From Catajapyx aquilonaris (taxonomy: Eukaryota): a DNA stretch of 20,000 nt. The notes under the pieces are model-generated. The model was not told the origin of the DNA. It saw only the letters and a list, made by a program, of their open reading frames with translations, and ran no database searches. Position 1 is the first letter of the stretch; each line of letters opens with the position of its first letter. Shown piece after piece: positions 1 through 20,000 of this stretch. The position numbers and the translations under genes were made by a program. The DNA lies in NCBI GenBank assembly GCA_000934665.2, contig KZ538340.1, positions 61,431 to 81,430 of the forward strand. Reading direction: 5' to 3'.

Positions 1-2941
1 CTGGGAAAAAAGGAGAGCGGGGAAGGAATAAGTAAGGTAGTCGTGTTCGAATTTGTCTGCTCCGAGACGACCTTGTTACTCGCTGGATCGCCACCGTAAC
101 CACCCCAGTGTTTCTTTTTTTTGGGTCTTTTTTTTTTGCTATCTTTGTTGCCCCTCCCCCGCTCCCCGTCTCCTCATACACACTCACATACACCGGGCTA
201 TGTGATATGTCTTTTACACAAGTCTTGAGTGTGAAGAAAACCTATAATTCCATCAGAAGCACTCAGGCATGGTAAGGATACTCTTGGCCGATGTAGATAT
301 GGAGAGTTGCGCTGATTTTTATATATTGCAGTAATGGCCAGTGCCGCTCCAGCAATGCGGAAGATATAAGTGATGGATCCGCAAATTGAAACACCATAAC
401 AGTTACAGATTATAAGCGTGATTATGATGACCTGTAATTTTGAGTAATTGTGATTGAATGAGGGGTAATGATTTTCCGAATAAAAAATGTCAAGTATACT
501 GCCGGGTATGCGAAAGAGTACCATACTCCTCAAGGTTACCGTTACTTATTGACACTAATTAGGTCTAACAGTATACGGCTTACTCTATGGCGAGTTACAC
601 TCGTAAACTGTTGACCGAAGAGTTTGTTGTTTGGTACAATTTAGCAATAAAGTAAACCCGACTTGGTGCAGTACTGTATACAATACGATGCAAAGTGGCC
701 ACCTCTATATCGGGATACCTCCTCATAAGGAGGGGCATCCATATGGAGATTTGAACGCTGGTTGAATCCAGCTGGCACGTCTGACATAAGAGCTCCGGTC
801 TCACCTGACGTCTACACCTATAATTGGTCGTGCGTTCAAAAGGTGTCAAATAGCTCGTCTTAATCAAGCCGTGCTTTACGGCGTCATTTATAGTGTAAGG
901 TGTTGGCAAATTCGCGGGATGGACTCGCTTGCCGAATGCGACTATCTGGATATGCTATAGGTTATTTATCATGTGAATGAATATTGTGTGATTTTGAGGA
1001 TTATAGCCAATGCTTTTGGCATCACTATTCACCTCAGATATTTTCTGGTATCGCATGTCTTTGGAGCCGATCTTGCATGGACGAGGTGCCAGGATAGGGT
1101 ACAGATAGGTGTTTGGGGGGCATGGGTCTTGAAGAGGAGCTATAGGGCACGATTTGTCAGGAGAGGAGATGGAAGAGGGGCGTGTAAGTGACGAGAAGGG
1201 GCGGACAGGGCCCAATCTGCCCCGGCGCCATTTGACAGCTCCCCGGAAGGAAGTTAGCAACCGGCCAGTGTTGCTGCCCGTGGGCTACTTCAACACTACT
1301 CATTCATACTCCTGCACTAAGTTCTAGTTGGTGTAGTAGTAGGGTATAGGAGGGGAATGAACACACGTCGTGCACGTGTTGACGGGCGTTATTATTTCCC
1401 CAAAAAACTGTGGACAGGCGGCAGGTGATTGATGAAGGGGTAGACTGCAGGGGGGGCTCTCATTTCCGAGCCGATCTTATCCAGGCTTGTTTACACCAAA
1501 AAGCTCCCCCTTCAAAATTGGAAGCAATTGCTATCGATTTGGGGGGGGGGGGGGGGGTTGNTCCATCAAAAACGAACTGCACACGGAATGTCCCGTGGCA
1601 CACACACCATCCCTCAATAATTTACATGAATTCTTGTAGTTGTCGGAATTATGGATTGCACCTGTTCAATTCTGCACACAACGGAAGCGTGGGTTGGTTG
1701 TTTTTTGTTGGGTCGCGATTTTTGTTATGTAATCGGATGGATTCGACACAACTGTTAAAAGGTGTAGCGAGACGATTTTTCATTGAAACAATATGCAAAA
1801 TCGTGCAAAATTCCCTGTTTCGGTAATTAATAACCTACCAATTAATCATATTCAAAATTAAGAAGTCATTTGATGCTATTTTTGGATGGGAAATGTTGAC
1901 GAGCGTTAGGGAAGGCTGAAATTGGGTAGTCAAGGTCGGTAGTATAGACTAAATAATTTTCTGGGCCATTTTTGACTCAAGGGGCAAGAAGGATTTCAAT
2001 CTGCATTTTGTAGTTAGAAAATTATGATTTAAAAAAATGAAAGCGTGACGAAAAGGCCACACAAACCATGTTTACTGTTTATTTTTACGACGAGAAATAT
2101 CACCTCTACGGACATTACACTGGTATGCAGTGCATGCAGCATAGGCCGGTAGGGAGAAGTCATAAGGTATATGATACATGAGATACGCACCCGATATTAC
2201 CACCTTTTCTTGAATTTGTGGCTGGTCCGACGTATTATTCGAAATTTATAGTTTGATCATACTGACACGTGACACCCCCCCCCTCCCCCCATACGCACAA
2301 TCAGTTATGTGTATGATAACTGAATACTGTAGTTTAGTATATTTTAATTAAGGCCCTTATCCTACAGAAGTTTATCAGAAATATGACACACCATGTAGGC
2401 TACTTGCTGCATTTACCTACCACCCGGTGTTAGATATTATATAGAAATATTACGGTAAGTTATGCATCACATCTACTAACATTCAAAGCTTTGAATCCAC
2501 TGACATAATATTTTAATGTCTCAAAGTAATAACTTTCTTAGCAATCCATTGGCAATGACATAACCAGTCTATCAACACCTGTAATCACATGTGGCATCAG
2601 AGAGAAATAAAGCCACGATTATATACTCTTAACTCAATAATGGCGCAAATGTTATGGGCTTTCGGAGGCCTGTTGGCACAACACATACCTTACCGGCTGA
2701 AAACACAGCCCTGCTTTTTACGAACTAGGTTAAAATTCTTGACATCACGTGTTAGTGTTGCGTGAAGCGCAAAATATGCTCTTCATTGTGCAATACTCAG
2801 GTTAGGTCTAATAAATGTTATCGACCTAGATTTCTTAGACCCCGTTGTAATGCAAATTAAGAGAAAAATCGGCTCAGTTTACTTAGGCTAATCAAACAAT
2901 TCAAATGAGAATTAAATATAGGTCTATTATAAATAAATATA

Positions 2942-3537
2942 CATGGTGTTCCAAGTTCGTGGGGTATTTTATAATAGTTATTGTTATTGGACATTTCGCT
3001 CAAGGCTGCTAATCAGTTGCCCTATTCCAGCCCACGGACACTTATACTACGTTCTGGCGTTATCACCTGCCGAGGCATTTTGCATCGGGCGCTCACCTGA
3101 GAGCGCCATGAGACATTTCGAGGCCACGATAAGTGGCGACCCTACCGGACTATAGGCTGAACTTTATAGGTAAGAAAGGGGAGGGCTACATACTGGCCCA
3201 ACATGGCCGCCGGCGGCCATGTTGGGCCCCCCAATGTAGCCCTCCCCTTCGTATCTATGAAGTTCAGCCTATAGTCCGGTAGGGTCGCCACTTATCGTGG
3301 CCTCGAAATGTCTCATGGCGCTCTCAGGTGAGCGCCCGATGCAAAATGCCCCGGCAGGGGGCGGGTGGGAGTGACCAGACCTTACTTATATGACCGTGCC
3401 CTATTCTATAGCCGCTGCTACATTCGACCTACTGAGGCACCTGGATCGGAGCACAATAAGCTACACAAAAATAACTACTTCGGGCGCTATCAGTGCAGTG
3501 AGTACAAAAAAACGACCCACGAACTTGGAACACCCTA
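2942..3537. mobile_element. Tc1/mariner-like non-autonomous element (MITE A) containing an internal long palindrome
   Basis: 22-bp TIRs CATGGTGTTCCAAGTTCGTGGG (2942-2963) and CCCACGAACTTGGAACACCCTA (3516-3537), 20/22 complementary; TA on both sides (2940-41, 3538-39). Confidence 0.8.
3066..3358. repeat. ~290-bp near-perfect palindrome with no spacer (possibly a nested element 3033-3398)
   Basis: Arms 3074-3164 and 3260-3350 are exact 91-bp reverse complements; the centre AACATGGCCGCC|GGCGGCCATGTT lies at 3211/3212. Confidence 0.95.
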
Positions 3538-3539
3538 TA

Positions 3540-3831
3540 CAAGGTGTAAATCCTAAGCGTGTCACCAGAAAAGATGGTATAGTAGAGAGCGCAGGTGTGA
3601 GCATTTTTGCATAAGGAACTAGGGGTCGGAAACGCATCCTCACCGAGTTATGCCTCTTTCAAGTTTGCGGCAGGCAGTGTGCAAGAGGCATGCGGCACGC
3701 GGCGGATGAGTGGGTGAGGGGGGCTTGGCAGGTGCGTTTCCGACCCCTAGTTCCTTATGCAAAAATGCTCACACCTGCGCCCTATAGCTACCACCATCTT
3801 TTCTGGTGACACGCTTAGGATTTACACCCTG
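3540..3831. mobile_element. Tc1/mariner-like MITE B with ~100-bp TIRs
   Basis: TA|CAAGGTGTAAATCCTAAGCGTGTCACCAGAAAAGATGG...CCATCTTTTCTGGTGACACGCTTAGGATTTACACCCTG|TA; arms ~3540-3636 and ~3733-3831; TA TSD. Confidence 0.88.
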
Positions 3832-4069
3832 TATATTATGTTCGATTATGTATTGAGAATATACTAAATCGGATATTTTCCATTTGCTTTCGTGCAACCG
3901 GCCCTAATTAGGTAGGAGGACTTTGTGAATAAAATCTTTGCCCAAATTTCTGCATTACCTAATTATAATGTTACATTAGCATATATAGGGTGTCCTCACA
4001 CTCCCTCATGTTCGCTTAGACCTCGATCCTTCATCAGCCTGAATCGATGACTGGACAACACCCCCCCCC

Positions 4070-4360
4070 NNNNNNNNNNNNNNNNNNNNNNNNNNNNNNN
4101 NNNNNNNNNNNNNNNNNNNNNNNNNNNNNNNNNNNNNNNNNNNNNNNNNNNNNNNNNNNNNNNNNNNNNNNNNNNNNNNNNNNNNNNNNNNNNNNNNNNN
4201 NNNNNNNNNNNNNNNNNNNNNNNNNNNNNNNNNNNNNNNNNNNNNNNNNNNNNNNNNNNNNNNNNNNNNNNNNNNNNNNNNNNNNNNNNNNNNNNNNNNN
4301 NNNNNNNNNNNNNNNNNNNNNNNNNNNNNNNNNNNNNNNNNNNNNNNNNNNNNNNNNNNN
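4070..4360. other. Assembly gap (291 N)
   Basis: Run of N following a poly-C tract. Confidence 0.99.
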
Positions 4361-5983
4361 CCAACAACTACCCCCTCTATCCAAAGATTACTTTTCGTGC
4401 TTGTCCGCTTTAACCCCCCCACAACCCCCCCTCACTCGGGGCAGGTGTAATTTGTCCCCATTGGAGGCCGATTGATGGATGGGGAGGGGGAGGTTGCAAC
4501 TACAGGCCTACGTCACTCTGATTGTTTCGCCTTCCACTTTTGGGCCAGATACACGGAGATATGATTGCAGGTCGAGTCCGCAGTCCTTTACAAAATGGCT
4601 GTTAAGTAACGGTACTATTTGGGACAGTGTCCAGCTTGTTGGGAGCCACTCGATCACCTTCAGAAGTATGGACATCTTGTTGCCTTGGGTAGTTGAGGAA
4701 ATGTGCCATGGGCATCTGAATCATCTTTTTTTACCTGCAACCTTTTCATAGTACAGTTCTTTTGAATGCCAGCTTTTGTATGCTGGTTGTGTTCGTGACT
4801 TGGGTTGAAAAGGGAAGTCAAACGTTTGTCGTGGTCATCGTTGGTTAAGCTCGGTTAGATTAGTGTACATAAAAATGGTTATTAAGTTAACTCGAGATTC
4901 GTTGTCACGAGTCGTGCACACGGGTGTCTCAGGTACTCTCATAGCCATTCTGTTTTACGGATGGAATGTACCTTGCTGGTATCTGATAGAATGTTTGTGT
5001 ACTGAGGCGCATGACTGCCCTTTTTCCCTTTTTTTTGTACCTATTCCGATTATTTGGCGGTTCCCTACAAGCGTGACAAATGAAGGTACAAGGGGAGTAG
5101 GACTTGACCTCTCGCCATACCGAAACTGACCACATAGTAATGTAGGGTGCACCCCTGAGGGACACTTTCTCCATACCCTTTTGAACAAGTGTCCATCCGG
5201 AAGACCTCGGTTAAGTAGGGATCTGGGTTCCTAGTTTGTGGAGAGAAAGGGATTAAAGGGTTAAATGAGTTTGTCTCGCTCTGCTTTTGTCGTTTCGGCT
5301 TGATTAAGCTCTCTGATGCATGTTGAGTGAGGGCGGGTTGGGTAGGGGAGAAAGGGGAGGACTGTCCAATGCCGAGGTCACTGTCCAAAAACCAGATCCA
5401 ATTTTTGGCCTGATTCAATTCCCGGAAGTGCATATCCACATATTGGTCAGCAAAATTGTAGCATCCTAATGCACAGGCAGGGCGTGTCTCCGCCCACACT
5501 GGCACACCTGCCCAATGGCCCACAGGTGAGAGGGAATTGGGGAGGGGAATAGGGTAGAGAAGGGGGAAGGAGGAGAGAGGGGTCCTGGACATTGCGCATT
5601 GGCAGTGGTCGGAAGGCTTCCTTATGGAATGGAGCAGGCTGCAGCAGGTGAGAACACTTATTACACCGATTATTAGGTACGGAGGGGGGGCAGGGGTCAT
5701 TCTTCATCCTTGTGATTGGGTCGCGCAGCTGTCGGACGTGGAAGGGATGAGGGAGATTTAATTAGGGAAAATGCCCCTTGCCATTGTGCTTCCTGTAGCT
5801 AGCCCCAAAAAGGCCATTTGTCAGCTCTTTTCATACACCGTCTACACCTCATCCCCCATCCATCTTTGACTCCCAGCCTTTTATCGCACATGTACGCAAT
5901 CAATTTGCGGTCTAAAACTCGCTCTCTCCCTCGCAATTAATTAACTAGGAGTATTTACACTTTTTTTTTTTGTCTTCTTACAG

Positions 5984-19260
<13,277 letters not shown>

Positions 19261-19380
19261 GTGAGTATTGCATTAATAATTTTGTGGTAACATTGATAAT
19301 AATATACAATAATTATGAGAAATATTCAATTATGAATGGCAATTAATTTAGAAATGATTTATCACCATATAAAATTACTG

Positions 19381-19626
19381 GGAAAGACTAACCGTTACTG
19401 GCGTGCGGGACGCGGCAGGGGGAGTGGTGGCTGGGGGCAGCTTGGCTATGTCGCTAAGGCAGATTGATTTTTTTGGATTTTGGAAGGGGTATGCTGTACC
19501 AACCTAACCTAACCTAACCTAACCTTTCTTCCTTGCGGATACAGACCTATCTTAGTGACACAGCCCGCTGCCCCCACCGACTACTACCCTCTCGCCTCCC
19601 GCATGCCAGTAAGAGCAAGTACAGCC
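19381..19626. mobile_element. MITE with long imperfect TIRs, 8-bp TSD and internal (AACCT)5
   Basis: Arm ~19395-19460 (TTACTGGCGTGCGGGA...TGGGGGCAGC...TGTCGCTAAG) pairs with ~19551-19612; GG...CC ends; exact TSD AATTACTG at 19373-80 and 19627-34; (AACCT)5 at 19501-19525. Confidence 0.8.
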
Positions 19627-19652
19627 AATTACTGTACATGCAACCATATTAA

Positions 19653-20000
19653 CCCTTTGATGACGGAGTTTTTTTTTCCCCTTTTCCGGAAATTTTATGA
19701 CCTCGCCGATTTTCTTGAAATTCGGTGCATTGGTAGCCCACCCCAAGGGATGAAAAACGCACCTATAGTTACCTGATCAAAATGACCTCGTGACCCAATT
19801 TTGAGGGGGGCAGAGGTCAAATTGCGACCTCACCGGATTTTCTTCAAATTCGGTGCATTGGTAGCCCACACCAAGGGATGAAAAACGCACATATAGTTAC
19901 CTCATAAAAATGACCTCGTGACCCAATTTTGAGGGGGGCAGAGGTCAAATCATAAAATTTCGACCTCACTGATTTTCTTGAGATTCGGTGCATTGGTAGC
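19653..20000. repeat. Tandem array of 127/136-bp units headed by TTAA|CCCTTT (piggyBac-like end); continues past the window
   Basis: Units start at 19699, 19826 and 19962 (GACCTC..GATTTTCTT.A.ATTCGGTGCATTGGTAGC); TTAA at 19649-52. Confidence 0.85.

Noticed and set aside
3996..4475. ORFs full of X
   Set aside because: Artefacts of the N gap.
5065..5700. 211-aa minus-strand ORF
   Set aside because: No recognisable domain; its composition reflects purine/G-rich non-coding DNA.

Overview
Animal genomic DNA, probably arthropod (weak clues: a TTAGG-type repeat and an invertebrate-like MYRF N-terminus). The window holds most of one intron-rich + strand gene encoding a Myelin Regulatory Factor (MYRF/MYRFL family) membrane-bound transcription factor. 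I traced 11 consecutive GT-AG coding exons (5984-19260, 2563 nt, 853 complete codons) that splice with consistent phases. They encode the acidic N-terminal motif, the SPPDSGSE motif, a long Q/H/P low-complexity region with KKRK and VKQE motifs, the Ndt80-like DNA-binding domain, the peptidase S74/ICA autocleavage domain (PSDLRAK), a coiled coil and a transmembrane helix. The start exon was not identified and the lumenal C-terminal exons lie beyond the window. The non-coding DNA is crowded with short non-autonomous elements recognisable from their own TIRs/TSDs: two Tc1/mariner-like MITEs sharing one TA (one contains a ~290-bp loopless palindrome), a ~690-bp foldback, a 113-bp element with nested palindromes, a V-domain tRNA-SINE, a hAT-like MITE, a MITE with (AACCT)5 and a TTAA-CCC-headed tandem array. 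There is a 291-nt assembly gap. I found no prokaryotic features and no convincing new protein-coding system; the novelty candidates are the foldback elements.
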